Positions 38,754-47,192 of a DNA stretch of 64,000 nucleotides are shown piece by piece. This DNA comes from a virus (Duplodnaviria; Caudoviricetes), in IMG/VR virus record IMGVR_UViG_3300020048_000007, positions 64,001-128,000 of that record; one strand, 5' to 3'. The notes under the pieces were generated by a model that was given only the letters and a program-made list of their open reading frames with translations, searched no databases and was not told the DNA's origin. Position 1 is the stretch's first letter; the number at the start of each line of letters is the position of its first letter. Both the position numbers and the translations under genes were made by a program.

Positions 38754-39476
38754 TTATTTAACACCAAAATACTTGTTGATCTCTTTAACAAGCATGTCCT
38801 GGTATACTTCTGGTCTAAACATCGCCTTCTTCTCTTGAATAGGACGCACTCTTTTTTGCAGTCCTTCTGAGATGTTTAGAATAGCGCCAGTTACTGATGG
38901 TTCAGCGACAACATCCCACGTCACGAAAGAATACCCTGGCAGCACTCTGTAGATCTCTTTGCCATTGTGTTCGACAATTTCCATGTCGCCCACGCCGCGA
39001 GAGGAGATCCCGACTTGGATTTTGTGCTCAAACAGGCCCCGTAGGCATGCCCCCAGTGGTAGTTTGTGCAGCACTTCTGCCTCACCGTATACCTTTTTGC
39101 CTTCCATCCAGATTTTAGTCATGAGGTGACTAATGCGATCTAGGTGGATTTTGGCGTCTGCTGGGTGGTCGTATTCGCCCATCACTGATCTTCTTGAGAT
39201 ATCCTCTTGGATGTCTCTTACAGCTGGGCCTAGCACATCGTTAGAGCTGTATACTCTACCGTTGGCATTTTCGTTATCGCCCATTTGGATGAGCCCGGTG
39301 ATTTTCATCACTTGGTGCTCACGTCCATTTGAGTCTTCTGCCATCACTTTTTTCTGGTCAAGCACTTGGAATGGGTAAGTGTCTTGCATCAGGGAGTAAC
39401 CAGCAGGAATCATGCCGGTTTCGGCTATCAGCCGCCGATCAATTGATCGGCGGTTTGCGTTTCTTGAGCGGATCAT
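38754..39476 (-). CDS. gp21: Prohead core protease (T4 gp21-like)
   Basis: NGRVY, GEYDHP, GISSRGVG, WDVVAEPS. Confidence 0.92.
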   Translation of the reverse strand: MIRSRNANRRSIDRRLIAETGMIPAGYSLMQDTYPFQVLDQKKVMAEDSNGREHQVMKITGLIQMGDNENANGRVYSSNDVLGPAVRDIQEDISRRSVMGEYDHPADAKIHLDRISHLMTKIWMEGKKVYGEAEVLHKLPLGACLRGLFEHKIQVGISSRGVGDMEIVEHNGKEIYRVLPGYSFVTWDVVAEPSVTGAILNISEGLQKRVRPIQEKKAMFRPEVYQDMLVKEINKYFGVK

Positions 39477-42400
39477 TTTTTGCCACCTTTTCTTGCGAAT
39501 GGTGGGTTTGATCCTTTGCCATCATCGGTTTTAAGATCAGGACCCATGCCCTCTAGCTTGTTACCGTTACCTTTTTTGCCGATGGCGTGTTTTGGGACTT
39601 CACGGCGATCAGCGTTTGCGACTTTATTGTAGCCGCCTTCTGATGGAGCTGTGATGTCCATATCTTCGGCCAGACCTTCTTCATCGTCGTTATCAGACTC
39701 GTCGTCTTCGTCCGACTCTTCGTCTTCGTCTTCTTCGTCGTCAGACTCATCGTCTTTATCGAAATCAGGCATTTCGTCGCCATCGAGGTCTTTCTTGACT
39801 TCGATCGTGTCGTCAACCGGCTCGATCTCGACTGCGTCTACTGGCTTCATTTCGTCCATGTCTTCGTCATCAATATCTTCGTCATCGACGTCGATATCTC
39901 CAGACAATTCCACCTTCATTGAACCATTCTTGCCAGTAGTGATAACTGCCATAGCTTCGTTGAGAGCCTGATCTTCTTCAGAGCTCGCACCACGGAGCTG
40001 TTCGACCGATTCGGTTAACCATCTCGTGAAGGCAGAAGAGTCACCTTTAGCCAGACCAGCTGAAGCCAGAGCACCCTTGACGAGTTTGGCAGGAATCGGG
40101 ATTTCAGCACTGATACCATCTTCGCTCAGGATTACAGGTTGAATCGAGCTAGCTGAACCACCGTGATCAAGGATGAAGTTAACACCGTTGATCATGCCCA
40201 TGGCGGCATCTTCTTGCCGCTCAAGCCAGGTGATCTTGCCTTCTGAGGCGACACCCCTCTTGGACTTGCTAGCTGTCATGCCAGCTCTGCCGTAACCAGC
40301 CTTCTTCATACGGGCTGATTTGTACTGGTCTTCTGCGAAGCCATCATCTTCGTCACCTGGATGCACCGGAGGAGGCGTTCCATCTGCGCGACGGGCGAAC
40401 AAGTCTACCAAGTTACCAGTTTCCATGGCGTTATAAATGTCACGGGCAAGAACAATGTATCCACCCTTGACAATTTCATCCCAATCATAGCCATATTTTT
40501 GGGCTAACTGTCTGCCTGTCTTAGTACCGACTTTGACGTATTCCTTGTCGTACGAGTCTCTTTCGAAGACGTCATATTCTTCCATGTCATTTGAAAGCTG
40601 ATCGTCGCTTTCTTTAACCGTAGCGAAAGGATTGCCATCAGATTCTTCAGTTTCTTCGTCCGAATCTTCGTCGTCCTTGTGCTTCTTGGCGAACGGCTTG
40701 GCAGCACCTGGGAACGGAGCCTTGGCTTCTGAAATGAAAGTCTGGACAGCTTGCTCGATAGCAGCTTCCATTCTAGCTTCTGGAACTCTCAGGCCAACAG
40801 CTTCGATACTGGCTTCGGCCATGTCATCAAGATTTTCAGCAAGATCTCTGCCGGTAAGGTTGTGCTCAACAGCCAGACGTCGCATCAAGCCAACAACACG
40901 GTCGAGGTCAGCTTCATCTTTAATGACTGGCGAACCGTATTCCATCAGATAAGAAGACTTGCCCTTGCCTGAGAAGGCATATGGGTCATTCGACTCTTCG
41001 ATTTCGTGGTCTACTTCTTCTGTATCATCTGAAAGATCATCGTTTTCATCGTTCATCTCATAATGAAGCGGGCGCGATTCATTAAGTGAGCTGAAACGAT
41101 TTCGTGATTCGAATCGAGGTGGTGCTGGGGCTGCTGGAGCTGCTGGAGCGCCTGCTGCACCCGGGCCGGCTGGAGCTGGGGCCGGAGCCGGAGCTGGAGC
41201 TGGAGCTGGTGCGAATTCTTCTTCGCCGCCGAGCATAGAGTCGAGCTCATCGTCTTCTGACGGTGGCATTTCTGGATCGAGCTCTTCTTCCTCAGCACTA
41301 CCGCTTGATCCACCGATTTGGATCAGAGGGCTGTTGATATTAATGATTGGTTGGCCTTTTCCGCCACCATTCGAAATAGCATCAACTGGTGCGTTCATTC
41401 CACCACCTGCGCCGCCTATGTCGCCAGGCATTGAATCAAAGTCTTTGAGTGATTCTGATGCTGACAATTCTTCTTGAATTGTGGCGATCAGGTCTTCTGC
41501 TTCGTAGATCGCTGAATCATCAAAGTCTGATCTCTTCAAGCGTGAGATGAGGCTCATCAGCTTGCTTGAAAGGTCATGTGATTCTTTGATTTTTGGCGTT
41601 TTGTCGCGGAGGACTTGGAGCGTCGTGGCGAGTGATTCAGCAGCGACTTGGCGGTTGCTGATTGCTTCGAACACGAGATGGAGGAATTTATTGTATGAAG
41701 CTTCGAAGTTTTTTGATTCTGATAGAATCTGAACGTTTTCTGCGAGCACTGGGTGTTCGGCGTTTCTCGCGATTGCTTTCCACTCTTTTACAATCTTGTT
41801 CTTACTGACTTTTAAGTTAGTCTTGAAGAAGAGTGTTGATGTGTCGTCACAGAGTTGTTGGTTGAATACTCCTTGTGTTGCAAGAGTGTTCTCGATCAGT
41901 GTCGAGACTTGTTTCCTGTTTAACAGTGTGAATTCTTCCATTTCCATCAGGAATGGTGCGAGTGTCTTGATTGCGTTCTCAATTTTGTTTTCAGCAATCA
42001 TGTTGGACACTGCGAGGATTCTTTCTTGGAATCCTTGGCTTTGGTAGGCGGTGTTTGCTACGTCTCGCATCTTGCGAGCTACCAGTTTGCGGGTTGCCCA
42101 TTTGGTGACTGGAAGTCTAAAGCGTTGACCGTCGTTGAAGTATCCGGCAGTTACCTGACCGTTTTCGACGATAACTTTATCTTGCAGACTTTCTACGATA
42201 GTAGAAACGAGCTTGTCTTTAACTGATTCGTTAAATCCGTCTTGGCTTACACTGATATTACGGATAATACCGTCTCTTGTGCGGACCACACCCGAAGCTG
42301 GGACTGTTCGTCCGCTAAATCTTTGGGCTTTCATTCTGCCGAAGGCAGACGACATTTTGCTCTGATCGTTTTCTTCGATTGCATTGACTAAACGCAAGCA

Positions 42401-42739
42401 GGAGTCTTCGAATAATCCGGCTTTTTCACCTTCAACGACCTCAATAGAACGAATATTGCTGATAGCAATACGGCCTTGATCTTTTGTATGCGATGCTACA
42501 AAAAATTGATTGTCATTGACGTCTTCAATGAATAAATCTTTAGAGCGAAGAGCGGCTAATCGCCACTGTTTGCCCGCCAATTTACCCATCTCTTCGACCT
42601 TTTCGGAGAAGAATGAAACTCTTGCTTGAGCGCTATCGTTCAACGCACTCAGAAACTTTCGGCTATCCATTTTGATACTTGAACTAGCCATAGTATTCTG
42701 ATTTTGTGCCATGTTATGACCCCTTATGCTTGCATGCAT
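39473..42739 (-). CDS. Very large acidic prohead core / internal protein
   Basis: Lies between portal and protease (T4 gp67/68 position); many (L/I/V/F)xE motifs; probable start MAQNQ at 42712. Confidence 0.65.
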   Translation of the reverse strand: MHASIRGHNMAQNQNTMASSSIKMDSRKFLSALNDSAQARVSFFSEKVEEMGKLAGKQWRLAALRSKDLFIEDVNDNQFFVASHTKDQGRIAISNIRSIEVVEGEKAGLFEDSCLRLVNAIEENDQSKMSSAFGRMKAQRFSGRTVPASGVVRTRDGIIRNISVSQDGFNESVKDKLVSTIVESLQDKVIVENGQVTAGYFNDGQRFRLPVTKWATRKLVARKMRDVANTAYQSQGFQERILAVSNMIAENKIENAIKTLAPFLMEMEEFTLLNRKQVSTLIENTLATQGVFNQQLCDDTSTLFFKTNLKVSKNKIVKEWKAIARNAEHPVLAENVQILSESKNFEASYNKFLHLVFEAISNRQVAAESLATTLQVLRDKTPKIKESHDLSSKLMSLISRLKRSDFDDSAIYEAEDLIATIQEELSASESLKDFDSMPGDIGGAGGGMNAPVDAISNGGGKGQPIININSPLIQIGGSSGSAEEEELDPEMPPSEDDELDSMLGGEEEFAPAPAPAPAPAPAPAGPGAAGAPAAPAAPAPPRFESRNRFSSLNESRPLHYEMNDENDDLSDDTEEVDHEIEESNDPYAFSGKGKSSYLMEYGSPVIKDEADLDRVVGLMRRLAVEHNLTGRDLAENLDDMAEASIEAVGLRVPEARMEAAIEQAVQTFISEAKAPFPGAAKPFAKKHKDDEDSDEETEESDGNPFATVKESDDQLSNDMEEYDVFERDSYDKEYVKVGTKTGRQLAQKYGYDWDEIVKGGYIVLARDIYNAMETGNLVDLFARRADGTPPPVHPGDEDDGFAEDQYKSARMKKAGYGRAGMTASKSKRGVASEGKITWLERQEDAAMGMINGVNFILDHGGSASSIQPVILSEDGISAEIPIPAKLVKGALASAGLAKGDSSAFTRWLTESVEQLRGASSEEDQALNEAMAVITTGKNGSMKVELSGDIDVDDEDIDDEDMDEMKPVDAVEIEPVDDTIEVKKDLDGDEMPDFDKDDESDDEEDEDEESDEDDESDNDDEEGLAEDMDITAPSEGGYNKVANADRREVPKHAIGKKGNGNKLEGMGPDLKTDDGKGSNPPFARKGGKK

Positions 42740-42798
42740 ATTAAACTACTCATAAATTTGCCGAGAAACCAACCATATGTCTCTCCGGCCAGACCCGT

Positions 42799-44781
42799 TT
42801 ACCCAACTATCGCAGGTAGATCATCATCAGTAATATCGCCCTCTTCTACCTCAGGCTTAGCGACATTCTCCATTAAAACATCATAATTCTCCCTGATAGC
42901 GTCATTTCTCTCACCCTCATCAACAGACCAACGGACCAAACAACTCTCAGAACGACTAGGATCATAAATATCCAAACCATCATTCAGATACCTCTCCCTA
43001 GTCAAACCATCAAATTCCTTAGTATTCAGCATAAACTCATATGCATTATTAAAGGACTGCTCTTCATCCTTATAAACCTCTTTATTCTGACGCTTAGTCC
43101 AAGACTCCATGATTTTACGTCGCCTGTTACGATCCCTGGTCTTAGCCATCTCATTAATAAGACGACGATTAGCAGACTGATCAAGCCCATACAAGCCTTC
43201 AGGCAACCCACCCTCAGGAGGAGCACCACCTTCAGGAGCACCTGCCGCACCAGCCTCAGGAGGAGCACCACCAGCCTCACCACCCTCAGGAGGAGCACCC
43301 TCAGGACCACCCTCAATGCCACCCAAATCATCACCGCCCCCAAGATCAGCCATTCCGCCGCCCATCCCACCACCGCCGCCAAAGCCGCCACCACCACCGG
43401 CAGCCTCATCAGCCTCAACATCCTTAAGCTCTTCAATCTCATCTGGAGACAAATCAGTAAAATGAGTAACAATCCACTCCTTAGGAAACCAGCCTAAATC
43501 CTTTAAATCATTCATAACAGAAGCGCGAGTCTGCCAAGTCTCAATCCTATAAAGCTCTTCCAGAGCAGAGCCAGCAGAAAACATCAGCTCAAAGCCCTTC
43601 ATATCATCCACAGAATAACCGCGCAACGCAAGGTGAACAATAGCAACCTTGGTTAAACCATTAACACCCTCACGTTGCACCCATTGAACAGCCTTAGCAA
43701 ACTCAGAGCTGGACTGCGATAACGACTTATCGTTAGCCTCACCAGCACCATCGCCAATCCCGACTCTCGCAAACGGGATCTTCATGGGAGCAATCATCTT
43801 CTTCTTGAAATACTCGATATCCTTAATCTGATCAAGATTCTCAGCACCAGGCATCACCTCAATATCAGGGCCAGAGCCATCAGGACGACGTGGCAAAAAG
43901 AAATCATCCTCTTGGATCAACGGAGAATATCGTTCATCAAAAGCACCGGTGGTGGGATTATAGAACCGCTGCCTCTTAAACGTCCTAGCAACCATCTGCA
44001 TGTATTCAGGGACTTCCTTAGGAGGGATGTTACCGACAGGAATCACGAACTTCCTTTTCTCAGGAGCTCTAGTGATTCTATAAATCAAAGCAGCATCTTC
44101 CATTAACCTCAACTGCTTAAAAGCCTTTCTACCGCCATCAAGAAGGCTTCTGCCATAAGGGTGATAGATGTTTTCGAAGCTCGTAAGACGCAAATGCATA
44201 ACCTGCCAAGGATGCAGAAACTGTGGTTTTGGAAAGAGAGCATCCATAAAGAAGAAGCCGATTAGGTCGCCATACCTAGTCTCAATTCTTGTAAAATTGT
44301 AGACATTCATGAACCGCAGCGAGCTAACGCCACCACGGTTTTGGTCTAATACTATTTCAAACGGGGCGTCGCCATATTTGCATAGGTACCTCATAGTGGG
44401 ACGACAAAAATTATCCCATCTTAGTATGTTATAAAATAAGTCTTCTAATTCTTTTTTAAGCCTTTTATTTTTAGCTTTAATGACTAGCGTGTGCTTCCGT
44501 TCGCTATCGACTAGGGAAGCCTCATCGGCGTATAAGTCCAGGGCAAGACTCACTTCGCCGGTTTGATCCATCTGCTCGTAGTCTTTGTATCGTTCAAGCC
44601 TATTTATCTGGAGATTTGTCTGATCAAGGATAGCAGCTTGGGAACTGAAATCCAAGAACTCTCCGCCAGTAGTAAGCTTGTCTAAACTAGACTGATCCTG
44701 GAATATTTTATCTGCTCTGAAAACGTTCGCAGATTTGGTCAGCGCGCGTATTCTGTCAAAGACAAGCCAATTACTAGGCAT
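42799..44781 (-). CDS. gp20: Portal protein (T4 gp20-like) with Gly/Glu-rich C-terminal extension
   Basis: QLRLMEDAALIYRITRAPEKR, EDDFFLPRR, IEVMPGAENLDQIKDIEYFKKK. Confidence 0.95.
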   Translation of the reverse strand: MPSNWLVFDRIRALTKSANVFRADKIFQDQSSLDKLTTGGEFLDFSSQAAILDQTNLQINRLERYKDYEQMDQTGEVSLALDLYADEASLVDSERKHTLVIKAKNKRLKKELEDLFYNILRWDNFCRPTMRYLCKYGDAPFEIVLDQNRGGVSSLRFMNVYNFTRIETRYGDLIGFFFMDALFPKPQFLHPWQVMHLRLTSFENIYHPYGRSLLDGGRKAFKQLRLMEDAALIYRITRAPEKRKFVIPVGNIPPKEVPEYMQMVARTFKRQRFYNPTTGAFDERYSPLIQEDDFFLPRRPDGSGPDIEVMPGAENLDQIKDIEYFKKKMIAPMKIPFARVGIGDGAGEANDKSLSQSSSEFAKAVQWVQREGVNGLTKVAIVHLALRGYSVDDMKGFELMFSAGSALEELYRIETWQTRASVMNDLKDLGWFPKEWIVTHFTDLSPDEIEELKDVEADEAAGGGGGFGGGGGMGGGMADLGGGDDLGGIEGGPEGAPPEGGEAGGAPPEAGAAGAPEGGAPPEGGLPEGLYGLDQSANRRLINEMAKTRDRNRRRKIMESWTKRQNKEVYKDEEQSFNNAYEFMLNTKEFDGLTRERYLNDGLDIYDPSRSESCLVRWSVDEGERNDAIRENYDVLMENVAKPEVEEGDITDDDLPAIVG

Positions 44782-44809
44782 CGAAAAATCCCCGTATGTA
44801 TTGTTAATA

Positions 44810-44817
44810 TATATTTA
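44810..44817 (-). promoter_or_regulatory. Late-type promoter motif TAAATATA upstream of the portal gene
   Basis: 29 nt upstream of the portal ATG. Confidence 0.6.
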
Positions 44818-44833
44818 CAAGGAGTCGCTGAAT

Positions 44834-46195
44834 ATGATCAATTGGAACAAGACCCATCATAAATTTGGATACAGGTCCCTAATAGACCTAAAAGGAATCA
44901 AGCGACCATTAGTAGTATGTGAATGCGTACGGTGCAAAAAAGAAAAAGATATCCAGCTACGATCAAAACAAGGCTTTGTATGGACCTGCCCAGCCTGCAT
45001 ATCACTATCCAGAAGCGACAAAATATCAGAACAATTAAAATCCAATTGGCAAGACAAAACATATCGAGCGAACCAGCTAACACAAAAGAATCAAGAAGAC
45101 TATAGAAAGAACCAGTCTGACCTGTCGAAGGAACGCTGGAAAACCGAAGAATACGCATCCAAGCTTAGGACTGGAATCGATCAGGAAAGACTAAAAGAAG
45201 ATAGATTTAAAATCTTAGAGTCCACCAATTGGCAACAGCAAATAACAGTGAGATGCCTTACCTGTGGCTTTGTAAATTCTTTAACGCCACAAAGGCACTT
45301 CGATAATCAATACTGTCCAAAATGCCATATAAGCAAGGGACAAAGAGAAATATCAGAATGGCTGACTTCTTTAGAAATACCACATACCATAAACGACTGG
45401 AATATATTAAAACACAAAGAACTAGATATATTCTTACCAAATCACAATATAGCAATAGAGTATCACGGATTATACTGGCATTCCGAAAGTATAAATGGCT
45501 CTAAAAACATTAAAGAGAGCCACCAGTCAAAAGCAATCGCCTGCAGGGATAAAAACATCAGATTATATCAAATATTCGAACATGAATGGTCAAAACAAAA
45601 AGATCTAGTAAAATCGATGATATTGTTAAACATTTTATCACCACAAAAGATAGATGCACGTAAAACCACATTCAAAAAATTACAGAATAACGAAGCAAAA
45701 CGATTCTTCGAAGCCAATCATTTGCAGGGTCACAGAAACGCTAAACATATATATGGGTTGATTTACGATAAAGAATTAGTGATTGCTATATCATTTAACG
45801 AAATCAAGAGAGCTGAATATGAAATCATACGCCTAGCCAGCAAGCAAGGCCATATGATCAGAGGTGGTGCTAGTAAACTTATCGCTAATTTCGATAAGCT
45901 TTTTAACAGTCCGATAATCCATACATTTGCTGATTTAAGGCACTCGCAAGGCACAGTGTATAAGACTCTGGGATTTTTGGAATTATCTGTAACGCCGCCT
46001 GGGTATTTCTATTATCATCCGAACGGTAACGTAATCTTATCACGCCAACAATGTCAGAAGCATAAACTTCATAAATTATTAAAGAATTTTAATAACGCTG
46101 CTTCTGAAACTCAGAATATGTTCAACAACGGGTTCAGACGAGTTTGGACAGCGGGAAATATTAAATTCATTAGACCTAAACTCATCTCATCCTAA
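44834..46195 (+). CDS. Free-standing Hef-like homing endonuclease, divergent from portal
   Basis: Start MINWNK (AAGGAG RBS); ELDIFLP..IAIEYHGLYWHS; NHLQG...EIIRLAS...GGASKL...ADLRHSQGTVYKTLGF. Confidence 0.8.
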   Translation: MINWNKTHHKFGYRSLIDLKGIKRPLVVCECVRCKKEKDIQLRSKQGFVWTCPACISLSRSDKISEQLKSNWQDKTYRANQLTQKNQEDYRKNQSDLSKERWKTEEYASKLRTGIDQERLKEDRFKILESTNWQQQITVRCLTCGFVNSLTPQRHFDNQYCPKCHISKGQREISEWLTSLEIPHTINDWNILKHKELDIFLPNHNIAIEYHGLYWHSESINGSKNIKESHQSKAIACRDKNIRLYQIFEHEWSKQKDLVKSMILLNILSPQKIDARKTTFKKLQNNEAKRFFEANHLQGHRNAKHIYGLIYDKELVIAISFNEIKRAEYEIIRLASKQGHMIRGGASKLIANFDKLFNSPIIHTFADLRHSQGTVYKTLGFLELSVTPPGYFYYHPNGNVILSRQQCQKHKLHKLLKNFNNAASETQNMFNNGFRRVWTAGNIKFIRPKLISS

Positions 46196-46556
46196 CCCAG
46201 ACGTTTTTATCAGTCGCCTTATTCTTCCTGTAGAGGACATTTTCGATCGCGTTGTAATAGTAGTCGCTTCTGTGGGTTTCTGGGTCTGGTTCGAATGCTG
46301 TGGGCTGAACTACGTGTGCGCCATGCTTTTCTAGAAACCATACACAGTCTCCTCGACTATAGTTCAATCTGCGGCGCCCTAGTAGATCTGTCAGGAAGTC
46401 ACTTTGTGTGATTATCTGAACTTCTGAGTCATCAGCAAAAGCACCCACGCCGAATGACTCACCAAACATACTACCTGTCAGGAAGTCATTTTGTACTACT
46501 ATCGGTACTTCTGCACCATCAGCAACAGAACCGACTCCAAGTGGTTCAGCGAACAT
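46182..46556 (-). CDS. Small hypothetical protein with a duplicated 29 aa N-terminal module
   Basis: MFAEPLGVGSVAD...QNDFLT followed by MFGESFGVGAFAD...QSDFLT. Confidence 0.6.
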   Translation of the reverse strand: MFAEPLGVGSVADGAEVPIVVQNDFLTGSMFGESFGVGAFADDSEVQIITQSDFLTDLLGRRRLNYSRGDCVWFLEKHGAHVVQPTAFEPDPETHRSDYYYNAIENVLYRKNKATDKNVWVRMR

Positions 46557-46631
46557 GTTGTGTCTCCATTACTCATAAGAATTATCGACCTTTCGCATGA
46601 CACACATCGTCTGCCTAGATCGTTAGCAAAA

Positions 46632-47159
46632 TCACCAAAGAGGCATAAGACTCATGAACCATTCATCCGCTGTGGGGGCATGGATCGTTCCGGACTGAAC
46701 ACCAGTGACCAGATCATTAAATGCTTGCCAGATCTGATCGCGGTAAGCAATTGCCTGCTCCGCTTCACCCTTGTATATCTCGATATTGGATAGGTTCCAG
46801 CTAGCCGCTGATATGATGGAATCATATTGCTTGACTGCTACTTGGCTGTCCAAATATGATTGAATCCTCTGGCCTATTTCAGTAAGACGAGCTACGACTT
46901 GTGCCTGCTGTTCTTCTGGTGACAGATTTATTATCGTCCAACTTTGGATTACGGATGTGCCTGTAAGTTGCAATTGCTGCTCTACACGCTGGGTCAATTC
47001 ATCATATATTGGTTGAGCTGATGGTATGAATGGGTAAAACCCATAAGATGGAAAAATCTCACCATCGAGCGCATCGAAGTTTGACACATTCTCAAATGTG
47101 CTTGGCAATGCCCTTGGTGATTCTATCTGACCGTTTTGTGAGACTCGACAGTATTGCAT
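46632..47159 (-). CDS. Tail fibre assembly/chaperone-like protein (DUF4376-like C-terminus)
   Basis: IQSYLDSQVAVKQYDSIISAASW...EAEQAIAYRDQIW; lies downstream of the adhesin. Confidence 0.6.
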   Translation of the reverse strand: MQYCRVSQNGQIESPRALPSTFENVSNFDALDGEIFPSYGFYPFIPSAQPIYDELTQRVEQQLQLTGTSVIQSWTIINLSPEEQQAQVVARLTEIGQRIQSYLDSQVAVKQYDSIISAASWNLSNIEIYKGEAEQAIAYRDQIWQAFNDLVTGVQSGTIHAPTADEWFMSLMPLW

Positions 47160-47192
47160 TAAAGTGTTTCCTCATGGTAACAGTAGTTCATA

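Noticed and set aside
44735-44833. Overlap of portal and endonuclease 5' ends shown in the ORF track
   Set aside because: The RBS supports a start at 44834, which removes the overlap
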